Shown one piece after another: positions 1 through 13,400 of a DNA stretch of 64,000 bases. The notes beneath the pieces were generated by a model that was given only the letters and a program-made list of their open reading frames with translations, had not been told where the DNA came from and did no database searches. This DNA comes from Mobula hypostoma (Eukaryota). The stretch is taken from assembly GCF_963921235.1 (NCBI RefSeq), contig NC_086097.1, positions 52,826,001 through 52,890,000 of the forward strand, given 5' to 3'. The translations under genes and the position numbers were made by a program. How positions within the stretch are numbered: position 1 is the first letter of the stretch; each line of letters starts with the position of its first letter.

Positions 1-172
1 TACCGAAAGTGCAAGAAATCGATGTTCATGCTATCAGGTTGGAGGCTACCCAGACGGAATACAACATGTTGCTCCTCCAACTTGCATTTGGCCTCATTTG
101 GGCAGTAAAGGAGGCCACGGGCTAACATGTCAGAATGGGAATGGGAAGTAGAATTGAAATGGGTGTCCACCG
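1..172 (-). mobile_element. Penelope-like element fragment (end of GIY-YIG endonuclease)
   Basis: Similar to 14835-15005 of the Penelope copy in this window (gatgttcatg..tcaggttggaggctacccagacggaat). Confidence 0.75.
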
Positions 173-520
173 GGAAACATAGAAAACCTACACCACAATA
201 CAGGCCCTTCGGCCCACAAAGCTGTGCCGAACATATCCTTACCTGAGAAATTACCCAGGGTTACCCATTGCCCTCTATTTTTCTGAGCTCCATATACCTA
301 TCCAGGAGTCTCTTAAAAGACCCTATTGTATCCGCTTCCACCACTGTCGCCGGCAGCTCATTCCACACATTCACCACTCTCTGCGTAAAAGACTTACCCC
401 TGATATCTCTTCTGTACCTACTTCCAAGCACCTTAAAAGTGTGCCCTCTTGTGCTAGCCATTTCAGCCCTGGGAAAAAGCCTCTGACTATCAATGCCTTT
501 CATCATCTTATACACTTATC
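173..520 (-). mobile_element. CR1-type LINE 3' end
   Basis: ORF 261..515 TRGHTFK...FTQRVVNVWNELP is the CR1 ORF2 C-terminus, followed by a 3' UTR and tail. A same-family copy is at 29735-29968 (+). Confidence 0.85.
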
Positions 521-559
521 CGTAATTGTGCCTTTGTGGCAGATAGAGCGAAGGTGCTC

Positions 560-1125
560 AAGGAGGGAGATTGAAAATCTCTCTCAATGTCAGTAAGACC
601 AAGGAACTGATAGCAGACTTCAGGAGAGCAGTAACCATTGGAGGATCAGAGGTACAGAGAGTCAATAACTTTAAATTCCTGGGTGTCACTATCTCAGAGG
701 ACCTGTCCTGGACCCATCATATAAACTTTATTGTGAAGAAAGCACGACAGCTCCTCGACTTCCTCAGGACTTTGCGGAGATTCAACAAGTCATCGACAAC
801 CTTGGCAAACTTGTACAGATGTGTGGTGGAAAGTGTGCTGACAGGCTGCATTACAGCCTGGTATGGGAACACCAATGCCTCTGAGCAGAAAATCCTGCAA
901 AAGGTACTGGATTCGGCCCAGTACATTACAGTTAAAACCCTCCCAACCACTAAGCACATCTACACAAAATATTGCCGTAGAAAATTAGCACCCATCACAA
1001 AGATCCTCACCACAAAGCCCATGCTCTTTTCTCACTGTTGCCATCAGATAGAAGGTACAGGTGCTTCAGGATTCACACCATCAGGTTCAAGAACAACAAG
1101 CTCTTGAACAAAAGAAGATAACAAC
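560..1125 (+). mobile_element. Rex1/Babar-like LINE, RT C-terminal fragment
   Basis: ORF 571..1107: LNVSKTKELIADFRR, FKFLGVTISEDLSW, YRCVVESVLTGCITAWYG. Confidence 0.8.
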
Positions 1126-1130
1126 ACCCA

Positions 1131-1265
1131 TTAGTCCTGACGAAGGGTCTTGGCCTGAAACGTCAACTGTACCTCTTCCTAGAGATGCTGCCCGGCCTGC
1201 TGCGTTCACCAGCAACTTTGATGTGTGTTGCTTGAATTTCCAGCATCTGCAGAATCCCGGTTGTT
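1131..1265 (+). repeat. Penelope pLTR fragment with minimal hammerhead ribozyme motif (1133-1168)
   Basis: agtc-CTGACGA-agggtcttggcct-GAAA-cg-TC-aact; same family as 14405-14540 and 34035-34314. Confidence 0.8.
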
Positions 1266-1329
1266 TAAGGACTCTTATCTTGTTATTTCATGCTCATTAT
1301 TTATTGCTATTTATCACTTGAATTTATTT

Positions 1330-2440
1330 ATTGCTGGAACATACTTGTCCTGAACTCTGTGCATTTGGTCTTGGACCCCCTCCACATGTCAGATGTGGAC
1401 TTGCCCAAAAACAGCTGTTCCCAATTAACTCTCCCTATTTTCTGCCTAATGCTCTCATAATTAGGTCCAGGCTTATCCTTATTCATAGCAACTTTAAAAC
1501 TTAAGGAGTTGTGATCACTATTCCCTAACTATTCTCCCACTGAAAGGCAGGTCGCCTGGCCAGGCTCATCCCAACACTAGATCCAGTATAGCTTCTCTTC
1601 ATGTTGGGACTATCTATATGTTGATTCCAGAAACCCTCCTGGATGAACCGAACAAATTTTACCACATCTAAACTTCTTGTATAAAGCAAGTGCCCGTCTA
1701 TATTAGGGAAGTTGAAGTCATCCCTGACATCAGCCCAGCTATTTTTACACCTTTCTCTAATCTGCTGGGATGTCTGTTCCTCAATGAGTTGTACCCATAA
1801 AGACCCAAGTGGATGAGCCCTCCTTTACTTCCCCTCTGAGTGCAGCAGTTGTATGGTCCTTGATTAATAATGCAACTCTACCCCTCCCACAACATTTACT
1901 TCCTTCCCCATCTTTTCTAAAACATCTAAACCCTGAAACATAAAGCACCCATTCCTTTCCCCCTTGCAACCAAATCTCTTTTGTGGCCACAACATAATAA
2001 TTCTATGTAATGATCCATGATCTAAGTTCATCATTCTGACCCATAATACTCCTATAGCATTAAAATACACACACTTCAACTCACCAGTCCCACTGTGCCT
2101 GTTCTCTCCAGTTATTACATCTACCTTCCTCTCAATTGCTCCAATTTCTGACTTTGTGCTCCGGTTGCCATCCCACTGCCAAACACTCCTGAGTAACACT
2201 AATGAACCTCTGACCAGGATGCAGGGTGCCCTTCAATTAAGATGCAACCTAGCCCTCTTGTACAGGTAACCACTGCCCCAGAATAGGGTTCAATCATCCA
2301 AGAACTTGAAATGTTGCTCCCTGCGCCAGTTCTTCAGCCACTCATTCATCTGTTCTTTCTATTCTAGCCTCGACTAGCACATGACACCAGAAGTAATCAA
2401 GAAATTACTACCTTTGAGGTGCTACTTTTTAAGCCTCTTT
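1330..2440 (-). mobile_element. Decayed CR1 LINE, ORF2 endonuclease region
   Basis: Minus-strand translations LKCVYFNA, GFRCFRKD, GRVALLIKD are typical of CR1 APE domains. Confidence 0.65.
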
Positions 2441-3699
2441 CTTTACTTTTCAGGCTTAACCTGCCAGCAAAACCAGTCTTCCAGTCAGAAAGTTAATCGA
2501 GCAGATCTTCTTCCAGATATCAGCAGCAGTGTTAGACATACCCATGTTCCTTCATAGAGGTCTAGCAGGCCAACATTAACACTGGCTTAAATTGACTGGC
2601 ACCTTGTGTGCCATCTATGGTGCCAGCTGTCTCTGCACTGTGTCTATGGAATTCAACTGGGCACTGAATGTCCACTGATGTCCCATTATCAGATGGGATA
2701 ATCTGCCTGCTGAGCCCACGTAGGGTAAACCTGGTAGAGAGACAGTGCAGTCCCATTGAAATTAACAGAAAGATATGGCTGCTTTAAAGATGATAAGCAG
2801 ATCTGTATATAATTTAAAGCAATTAATTTAAATGTATTTAATTATTAGAGAGAGTGAGTTTGTAAAAGTGATTGACATTTTTAATTGCTAAACGTTCTGC
2901 AATGTATGGGGCCACATCAATGAGCTGAAAGCTGAATTTCAAGAGGGAGGCCGCACTTGGAACCATCCTTGAAGAGATGGCAAGGTCCAGAGCAAACAAA
3001 AGATCCATACCAGAATATTAAAGCTAAGAATGATGACCCTACAATGATTCAAACATGAATAAGCAATCATTAAATGCATTGTACTATCAATATTTCTTCC
3101 TCATGCAGTAGGGATTGCCTTGGGACATTTTACTAAATGAACATTTTAAAATGTAAATTGTTCCTCAGCTCTGGAATTCCTCCCACAATCCTTATCACCT
3201 CTTTATTTCTAAATAATTTCTAAGATTTACCTTTCTGATCAAGCTTTAATCTCAGTTTATGGCCCCTTCTAAAGACCATGGGCTGTTTTAGTCTGTTAAA
3301 GATGACTATTAAGTACAAGTTATTGTCATTAAATTATTCACTAAGCCACAAAAAATGCACATAACATTTCACAATTTGACCATTTAACATGTGAAAGCAA
3401 CAGCTGAGTCCTTCGACTGTGTGGTTAAGCACAGCTCTGATACCACATTCAAGTTTGCTGATGACACCACTGCTGTGGACAGAGTCAAAGGTGGTGATAA
3501 TTCAACCAGTTAATTATCTCTTTTAAGTTCAAGAATGGTCTTACACTTCCGAAGATATGGTTTTGGACAATCTCCCTTTGAAATAAAACTTCTGAAACTA
3601 AGTTACTAAGCGCAATTCCTGTTAACGTGGCCTTCTTAAACTGCAACCTTAGAAACCTCCAGGTCCACTATTTTAAAAAATAATTTCAATTATCCCAGA

Positions 3700-3920
3700 A
3701 GTTTTTTTTACCGTGCCCATGCTCTGCTCTTTATCGAATTATGGTATTGCTTTGCACTGTTGTAACTATATGTTATAATTATGTGGTTTTGTCAGTTTTA
3801 GTCTTGGTTTGTTCTGTGTTTTTTTTGTGATATCATTCTGGAGGAACGTTGTATCATTTTTTAATGCATGCATTTCTAAATGACAATAAACAAGGACTGA
3901 CTGTCCTCATAATCTAAAAA
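3700..3920 (+). repeat. 5'-truncated copy of the non-coding retroposon at 40881-44735
   Basis: Near-identical to 44495-44705 (ttgcactg.tgtaactatatgttataattatgtggt...aatgacaataaa...ctgtcctcataatctaa). Confidence 0.8.
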
Positions 3921-4039
3921 AAATTGTAGAGTGTTTCAGCAGAACCATTGAATCAGTAGAATCATTGTTCAAGATGTGAGATATACAAAGCATTTCTTAG
4001 AAAAGGTGGAATTGAAACAAAATACTCATTGAAATCAAG

Positions 4040-4325
4040 GGAGGGCATGGAAGTGTGGTGATTAGCACAATTCTTTACAGTACACACGACCCGGGTTCAA
4101 TACCCACCGCTGCAAGTAAAGAGCTTGCATGTTCTCCCCGAGACCGCATGTGTTTCCTCTGGGTGCTCCAATTTCCTCCCACTGTCCAAAGTTGTATCGG
4201 TTGGTAGGTTAATTAGTCACTGTATGTTGTCCCATGATTAGGCTAGGATTAAATAGGGGGGCTGCTGGGGAGCAGGCCTTGAGGGGCTGGAAGAGCCTAT
4301 TCTGCACTGTTATCTCAATAAACAA
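4040..4325 (+). mobile_element. tRNA-derived V-SINE (HE1-like)
   Basis: Box B-like ggttcaatac followed by the V-domain gttctccccg...gtttcctctgggtgctcc..tttcctcccac. Confidence 0.75.
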
Positions 4326-4939
4326 ATTTTTTTAAATCATTTAGATGACTGTCATTGAATACCATCAATCTTGCCTTTCTGTTTTCACTGAACAGTAAAT
4401 CTATGCCAAAAATGGCCTACAGAACTGAATTGACTTTATTTCTTACATCCTTCACATACATGAGTAAAAATCATCATGTTATGTCTCTGTCAAAATGTGC
4501 AATGTGCAACCATAGTAATTTATAATAATTTATAATAAATAGAACAGACAATGGAACAGAAATACACTCAAATCAGAAAGATTTAGGCATGATAATGTAT
4601 AATGGGCAGCAGTGAGGGTACAATAGTCGATATCCAAAGTGAGTTGCTGCTGCTTTCCTTAATCAACCATCAAAACTGCCATATCCTCTGCCAGAACTTT
4701 AATGTTGGATGAGAACAGAATTGGGCCTTTCCCCACCATTACTTTCAACACAGTCAGGATGATGAGCACACAGAAAAAGCTGAATCAGGCAATAACAGAA
4801 TGAAGAAGGGAGAGTTAGGGATGAGAGAAGTAAGAAAACCTAACAGATATAAGTAGGCCAGAACCCTCATTTTGCCTAGTACTGCAACTTTTGGATGTGA
4901 AACCTTTCAAAGATTAAAGCTTGGCTATGAGCTTGATTT

Positions 4940-5235
4940 GAAGGACACAGAATATAATGAGAAATGTTACAGATTAGGGGAAGTGTCTATAACCAGAGAG
5001 CACAGTTTATAGTAAGGGGTAGGAAGCTTTAGAGGAGCTTCAAGGAAGAATATTTTCACCCAGAGTGTGGCTGAAATCTGCACTGCACTCTTGAAGGAAA
5101 GGTGGACATAGGTAATCTCAGAGATGTATTTAAGGGCTTCAAATGTATGGCATAGAAGGCTACTGGCCAAGTGCTAGTAAGTAGAATTAGCAAATGGTCA
5201 TTATGGCCTAAAGTCCTGTTTCCATGCTGTATGAT
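4940..5235 (+). mobile_element. Decayed CR1 3' end
   Basis: accagagagcacagttt...ttttcacccagagtgtgg...ggcctaaagtcctgtttccatgctgtatga. Confidence 0.6.
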
Positions 5236-6502
5236 AACAAATAATTGATGAGGACTTTCATGTCCACTCAAGTTATCATAATTTAGTAAATGGTCTTGAT
5301 TTTTCTGCGAGGGAAAAAGGAACAGCTTTAGCATCTCAGCTCATTTCCAATCACTCAGAGACTATTAATAAGCTTTTCAGCAGGATTTTCTAATATTCCA
5401 CGTCAGTTTGAAATAGATCGAGAGAAAATAATAGAAAAAAAGGGAAAATGTACAAATCCGCTCATATGTCATATCTCAATATTAGTTTCCAAAAACATAT
5501 ATTGAATTTGCAGCTTTGAATAACTATGTAGTTTGGCACCCTGAAATTTATTGCCTTCTAGTTCAGGAATGGGAATGGTAAGAGTAGTGGAGGTATAAAA
5601 ATGTTCATGCAATCATTATGAATGTGAGCTTTGGTTATGAACAGGAATTGCTGAGCAAATAAACACACTTTAGCTCTGCCGTCATAAGATGGTCGATCAG
5701 GTAGGCAATATGGAGGAGTTGGGCTGAAAGGCCTGTTTCTGAGCCATATAACTCTGACTCTAACTTCGTCTGTAATTTGGCATTGTTCCCATTCAGGATC
5801 TCAAAGATGAAGTTTCACATTAGGGTACGAATATATATGATCAATGAGACCAATGCTATATGAATTAAAAACCTCACTTAAGCTCATGATAACAATTTTA
5901 TTGGCCTTGATGAGTCCAGGGGTTAAGAAGCAAAAGATCTCCCAGCAATTTACTTTACTCTTTACCACAAGCTGCTGATTTATAAACTTATAACAGTTAT
6001 CATTACTATGTTGCTATCTACAGCTATTTTACGATCATTGCTACAGGAAATCTTTTGATCTAAGTCTGTGATAACCTGTCCAAGGCGCTGAAGCCACATA
6101 CGGCTTTTTGATTTACAGCCTGCATGATATTTGGTTTCTGTGTCAGAAGATTAAATTTAATTGACTAGAGCACAGTAATTATACTGTATTTTCTATTATC
6201 CATTGCTAATACTAGACATAATTTAAAACCTTTTAGAAAGCGGTGACACAAAGCCGGGTGGTATATAGTTAACATAGGAAACAATGATATAAGAAACAGC
6301 TAGTATTCAATAGATTTCCATTGAAAGAGTTTGATACCCATAAACCGTGACCAGTTTTGAGGTCACAAGGTGCAGCTGCAACAAAGAACACTATTTTAGA
6401 AAAGCAGTTATGATGTTTCACAGCAGGTTGCTATGTGATATAAGTGGCCTGAAAAGTCAACATGTTTAAACAGTCAACGATTGACTCCTCGGCATGTACA
6501 TA

Positions 6503-7976
6503 CAGTTGAAGTTAGAAGTTTACAGACACCTTAGCCAAATACATTTAAATTTAGTCTTTCACAATTCCTGACATTTAATCCTAGAAAACATTTCCTGTTT
6601 AGGTCAGTTAGGATCACAACTTTATTTTAAGAATGTGAAATGTCAGAATAATAGTAGAGAGAGTGATTTATTTCAGCTTTTATTTCTTTCATCACATTCC
6701 CAATGGGTTAGAAGTTTACATACACTTTGTTAATATTTGGTAGCATTGCCTTTAAATTGTTTAACTTGGGTCAAACATTTTGAGTAGCCTTCCACAAGCT
6801 TCTCACAATAAGGTGCTGGAATTTTGTTCCATTCCTCCAGACAGAACTGGTGTAACTGAGTCAGGTTTGTAGGCCTCCTTGCTCACACATGCTTTTTCAG
6901 TTCTGCCGACAAATTTTCTATCAGATTGAGGTCAGGGCTTTGTGATGGTCACTCCAATACCTTGACTTTGTTGTCCTTAAGCAATTTTGCACAACTTTGG
7001 AGGCATGCTTGGGGTCATTGTCCATTTGGAAGACCCATTTGCAACCAAGCTTTAACTTCCTGGCTGATGTCTTGTGATGTTGCTTCAATATATCCACATA
7101 ATTTTCCTTCCTCATGACGCCATCTATTTCCTGAAGTGCACCAGTCCCTCCTGCAGCAAAGTACCCTCACAACATGGTGCTGCCACCCACATGCTTCACA
7201 GTTGGGATGGTGTTCTTCGGCTTGCAAGCCTCACCACTTTTCCTCCAAACATAACAATGGTCATTATGGCCAAACAGTTCAATTTTTGTTTCATCAGACC
7301 AGAGGACATTTCTCCAAAAAGTAAGGTCTTTGTCCCCATGTGCACTTGCAAATTGTAACGGTAGTCTGGCTTTTTCATGGCGGTTTTGGAGCAGCGGCTT
7401 CTTCCTTGCTGAGTAGCCTTTCAGGTTATGTCGATATAGAACTCGTTTTACTGTGAATATAGATATTGGTCTACCTGTTTCTTCCAGCATCTTCACAAGG
7501 TCCTTTGCTGTTGTTCTGGGATTGATTTGCACTTTTCGCGCCAAAGTACGTTCATCTCTAGGAGACAGAATGCATCTCCTTCCTGAGAGGTATGACGGCT
7601 GTGTGGTCCCATGGTGTTTATACTTGCATACTATTGTTTGTACAGATGAACGTGGTACCTTCAGGCACTTGGAAATTGCTCCCAAGGACGAACCAGACTT
7701 GTGGAGGTCCACAGTTTTTTTTTCCCCTGAGGTCTTGGCTGATTTCTTTTGATTTTGTTTGTGAACTTCTGACCCACTGGAATTGTGATATAGTCAATTA
7801 AAAGTGAAATAATCTGTCTGTAAACAATTGTTGGAAAAATTACTCGTGTCATGCACAAAGTAGAGGTTCTCAACGTCATGCCAAAACTATAGTTTGCTAA
7901 TATGAAATCTCTAGTGGTTAAACAATGAGTTTTAATGATTTCAACCTAAGTGTATGTACACTTCTGACTTCAACTG
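6503..7976 (-). mobile_element. Tc1 DNA transposon of the Sleeping Beauty (salmonid-type IR/DR) subfamily, with a defective transposase at about 6730-7755
   Basis: TIRs cagttgaagttagaagtttaca / tgtacacttctgacttcaactg with TA target duplication and internal DRs. Transposase motifs DLHKSGSSLGAISK, WSDETKIELFGHND, FQMDNDPKH and GNATKY*. Frameshifts present and the ATG is deleted. Confidence 0.95.
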
Positions 7977-8519
7977 TAAACACATTTGTTCAATCCTGAA
8001 ATGTGCATGACCATAAGGCATTCTAATTTAGTGAAAAATTTAAAGAATATAAGCTTGTTATCTATATTTATACATTTAATGATTGTGTGTATTTGGGTGG
8101 GTGTATTTGGGTGGAGTAGCACACAGGCTATGAGAACAGAATTGGCTCCAATGTCATATATCTATCAGTTTCAGTGATCTAAAATATAGCTCGTGTTGGC
8201 AAAAGATCAAATTTATTACAAAACTGGAGTCAAAAACAAAGATTTATTTTGGTAACAGTGCAGAAACATAACCAGGAACGCCTTGTAGTTGACTTCCTTA
8301 CCAGCTCCACTCAGTGCAAACCTTATTTAAGAACTGATTATAAACAAAAGGAAAGAAGGATTGGATTATGAGGCCAGACAGAGCAAACAGTTCTATTATT
8401 TGGTAGAGAAATCATTTGTCTCCGTACAAGGAAGAAGGCAGAGAAAACCTCTTGGACATTGTCACAAACGCAGGTCTAGACTGAGTAAGGATCTCTAAGA
8501 AATTAGTAAATTAGTATTG

Positions 8520-9900
8520 AGAAATTAATGGGACTAAAAGGCAATTAATCTCAGAATCTGATGAACAAGCACCCAAGATTCTAAAGTGGGTGATAATGCA
8601 GCGAGTAAATAGTTGTCATCATTGAAAATTCCCTCAATTCCAAAATGATTTGCACAGATTGGAAATATAGCAAATGCAACCCAATTCTTTATGAAAGGAG
8701 GAAGAGGTGAAAAAACAAGATCAATAGACCAGTTACCAGGGAAAACACTGGAATCTATTCTCAAAAAATAACAGGGTCCTAAGAAAATATAAACAGGAAT
8801 GGGTAGTCAACAATAAATGAATGGAATCAGTCAGCTCTTTGAAATTGTAACTAGCAGAATTGATAAGGGTGAAACTGTGGATGTGATATATTTGTAAATT
8901 CAGAAGGTCTGCCCCTAAAGGGGTTGTTGGACAAATGCAAATAATATTGGGGTAAGATACTGGCATAAATGAAAGATTGGTTAATGGTCAGAAATTAGAA
9001 AGTAGGAATAAATCCATCTTTTTTTCAGATTGAGAAGCTATGACTAGTGAACTGTTCCAAGGATTACTGCCACAGCCTCAACAGTTAACAATCAATATCA
9101 ATAAATTAAATAAGTCATTCAAACATGATATATACAAGTTCATTGATGATGGAAAGCTAAGTGGCAATGTGGAGTAGGCAGGGGTGTAGAGAAGCTTCAG
9201 GAGGATATGAACAGGTTAAGTGAATGGGCAAGGACATGGCACATGGAACATCAGACGAAAAATGTGAAGTCACCCACTACTAAAAAAAATGAAATCATTT
9301 CCAAATGGTAGACTAAAAGGTATTTGTGATCAAAGTGATTTGAGCATCTTGTAAACAAATTGCTGGAAGTTTATGGGATCAGTGAGAAATCAGTATACTA
9401 GTTTTTATTGCAAAAAGATTTGAGGACAAGGTTAGAAACATTACTCTAATTGTCGAGGTTTGGTGAGACTGCATTTGGAATATTGTGCAGAGGTCTGTCC
9501 TTCCAGTCTAAGGAAGAGGGAGATAAAGGAAAGGCAACAAATGTTTAACAAACTTGAATATTATTTTATCAGGATAGATTAAACAGATTTGCTTATACTC
9601 ACTTGAGTTCGGAAGAATGGAGGATGATTTAAATAAAATGTATCATAGAATATTTTGCACGTGTTGAATTAATATTTCCTCCTGTTGAAACGTCACAGCC
9701 TCAAAATTAAGGGTTGGCCATTCAAGTCAGAGACAAGAATCTTTGGGGTTGTTCACCAAGAGGGCTGTGGAGGCTTAATCATTCAGTATATTCAAGGTGA
9801 GATTCATCAGTATTTTAGCTACCACAGGAGGAAAGTGGTGCTGTGGCAAAAGATTTTACTTAATGACATAGCAGAAGTAAAACGCTGAACAGATACTCCT
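8520..9900 (+). mobile_element. Old CR1 LINE, RT-to-3' fragment
   Basis: Degenerate CR1 motifs on the + strand (gatgtgatatatttg, aagttcattgatgat, tttggaatattgtgcag, cacagcctcaaaattaagggttggccattc). Confidence 0.65.
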
Positions 9901-10239
9901 GATTAAATTTCTTATAAGCTCAATTAACACTGTATGCAGTCTAGAAGTTTAGACATCAAGTTATCTAGGAAGGGATAGCAAATTGAAGTTCCAGCATAAC
10001 AAATTGTGATATTAAAGTTATAAGGGTGGTATCTTGCAGGTAATTATCACAACCATGAAACCTGCTTATTTCTTGTCAAAACTTAACTGGTTCACTGATG
10101 CTCCTCAGAATGCAAACTCCTCCCCTTTCAGTAGGGCACTTCTAATAACTTAACAAAAGTAAATATACACAGCATTGCTCACATCAAAAACAAGAAGAAT
10201 AAAATGTGTAAATGACCAGTTTGAGCGTGGTTTACTTAC

Positions 10240-10408
10240 AGCATAATGAACTTCAACAAGTTTTGTGTTCCCAACATTCCAGTGTAGAATAAAGGGTCCT
10301 CTCCATGACTATAAATTTTCACAGCAGGCAACTGTGTGGCGCTCTCAGTTGAACAGATATCTGGCCAGTCTCCACAGTTAACCCGGGCCAGTAAAACATC
10401 CTTTAGGT
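10240..10408 (-). CDS. TXNDC16: TXNDC16 internal exon ([56 protein letters not shown])
   Basis: gcacag acceptor, gtaagt donor, 169 nt; CX6C motif; resembles human RINCADWSDVC...YAGMLGTEDLLKFI. Confidence 0.95.
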
Positions 10409-13400
10409 CTGTGCAACACAATTATTAAAACAAATTTATTACATCAACTTAAAATGAAAGAAAGAATGGGCAGTTAGGCTCTGAAGTTGTTATCCTGGAA
10501 GTACATGCACACTTGCAACTCTACAAAATTACCATTACTGTGGTAACTTCAAAATTTATTATATTTGAACATAAATTAGTAATCTAGGAGCCCTTTATTT
10601 TGAGCTGCACTAAAAGCATGTAATGAAGCTCACAGTAATGTTAATATGCATTAAGTTTGCTAATGTACTGTCAACCTGATGTGGCAAATTTAAATAGGCA
10701 ATATCCATTATAAATATGGCAACAGCAACTTGGAAAGTTTTCAGCAGTACAAGAAGAAAAGGTAAGAAGAGCAAAACTGAAGCACTAAAAGCTACATTAG
10801 CTTTCAAAGCATCTCATTTTTCTGTGGGTGGCTTTACATTAAAAGTAAAATAATAAAATGTTGGCATAAAATATTGACCTTTATGTGATAAATTGAAGTA
10901 ATGTTTATCAAACTGAAACATACGCACATATAACACAATTTATAAAATAACATTTTCTTTTGGGATTTTCCCCCAATCACGTGGATAGAATATAGTTCTT
11001 TTTCCTGTAAGTGTTATTTTTGAAAGGTCCAGGAAGACAATATGTAATAAGGAATGGGTAAAGAGAGAATGAACTTTATTAGGCATTGGAAATGTGTAGC
11101 TGTTTGATTCTATGCAATCTCAAAAATGATTAAACAGCATAGTTTACTTCCTTAGGGAAGCAATTTTCTCAGATTCTACATATACTCCATCAACATTCTG
11201 TGCTATTCACTAATGTATCTGTATTCCCCATCTATTCAACCTCAAAAAAAATGCACCTCTTATGAATTCCCTCAATTTTCATTACTTCTGTACTGGCTGT
11301 AGTTATACCTTTTTTTTGTTTAACACTGCCAATATGTGCATCTATAATGAGACCCACGAACAAAGCAAACACAAAAAGAGAAATGATGTACGAGATCATG
11401 AAAAGGCAACGTAACTTCATTGGATATGTGATTAGGAAAGAGGAGTTAGAATGCACGGTAATTATGGGAAAGATTGAAGAGAAGAAAACAAGAGGAAGAC
11501 AAAGACACATGATGATGGGAGACGGCAGCCAGAGAATTGGAAATGAATACCAATGAATTAATCCACTTGACCCGAAACAGGAGAGTGTGGGCCATGGCAG
11601 TCAAAGCTCAAACTGGGCACAGCACCTGATGATGATGATGATGACAATGAGACCTTCAGAATATTCTCTGTATCTGTAGATGCATCTTTATGACATCACA
11701 ATAGTTCCCATTAAAAGATTCCATGTTTGGATCGTAATTGAAGGCTAACTAAGCCACAAAATTTGTTTTGAACATCCAGTCAGTTTCTTACATATTTAGC
11801 TGATGAACTGTTTTTAATTAATACATCACAAAAAAATAGCTAGGCAAATACAAATTCTATTCCTGTTTACTAGAACCACTATAATGACAAATTAATGCAG
11901 AGTCCTGATAAAGAGTCTCAGCCGAAAACATTGAATGTACTCTTTTCCATAGATGCTGCCTGGCCTGCTAAGTTCCTGTAACATTTTGTGTGTGTTGCTT
12001 GGATTTCCAGCATCTGCAGATTTACTCTTGTTTGAAATTAATGCATTTGATAGCTACATAGAGCAGATATTCATAATTATTATACAAATAATTACTGAAT
12101 TCATCAATGGGTGACATTAATTATACTAATTACAACTAATTTCATAATAAAATTTTAATCAACTGTATATTCTGATTTAAGACACGAGAATATTGCAAAC
12201 AATTAAAGCATTTTGTCACTAATGCTTGTCTTAACACAGTTTCAAATAATTAAATGTTATTTTTCTTAAAACTAACTGATGAACTCTGCAATAAATATTT
12301 TTAAATCCATTTAACACCATATCAATCCACAACTAATCCTAAGTTGTTTCCATAGAAACCATAGAAACTACAGCACAGAAACAGGCCTTTTGGCCCTTCT
12401 TGGCTGTGCCGAACCATTTTCTGCCTAGTCCCACTGACCTGCACACGGACCATATCCCTCCATACATCTCCCATCCATGTATCTGTCCAATTTATTCTTA
12501 AATGTTAAAAAAGAACCCGCATTTACCACCTCATCTGGCAGCTCATTCCATACTCCCACCACTCTCTGCGTGAAGAAGCCCCCCCTAATGTTCCCTTTAA
12601 ACTTTTCCCCCCTCACCCTTAACCCATGTCCTCTGGTTTTTTTCTCCCCTTGCCTCAGTGGAAAAAGCCTGCTGGCATTCACTCTTATCTATACCCATCA
12701 TAATTTCATGTTTCATATCTGATTTTGTTAACCTCGAATTGCAGTCGAAGCTATACAGCAAACATGGCTCGGAGACAAATTGAAATGAGCAAATATTTTT
12801 GGTGGAGTTCACCAAAGTAGGAATACTGTCCAGAACATTAAATTTATTACACCCACCAAGATAAACATGATCTCGGAGGGGTTGGATGAAAGAGCAGTTA
12901 TGGGAGAGAGAGGAAAAACAGGGAGAAAAAAGGAGAAAGAAACAAAATAAAGGAAGACTGAAATGTGTTAAAGCAAGGCACAAGAGGAGGAGTGGAATGA
13001 AAGGAGTGTGACAAGGAAAAAAGTGAAGAGATTGATGGGGAAAGAGGAAGGAAGAGGAAAAGCACAAATTATAAACTGTTTCATTGGGAAAGAGGGAGAT
13101 TTGTGGGGATGATAGCCAGTCTATCTATGCACCCTAGCTGGGAGAGGAATAAGGGGTGTGACTTAAATAAAATAAGATGAAGGGAAGGCACATAACAAAA
13201 TATACGGGAATGGACAGTAGGAAAGTCTGTAGGAAAGGTCTGTCACTCAAATGTGCTGGCATACAGTCAGTAGTTGGGTTGCTAGGTTTTCCCATGTTAA
13301 GGAAATTTGAATCCCTATTTCACTGTATGTTTCTACATTAGATTTTCACTTCTCTAACTATTTTCATTCTCCATTTACTACCCATTCTTACTGCTTCTTC

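Noticed and set aside
1..10239. Next downstream TXNDC16 exon (human NRISYPVNI...VLGLF region)
   Set aside because: No matching exon found by eye; it probably lies beyond the window start, though a diverged exon could have been missed.
12597..13067. 156-aa hydrophobic ORF on the minus strand
   Set aside because: Artefact of a purine-rich low-complexity tract joined to a CR1 fragment.
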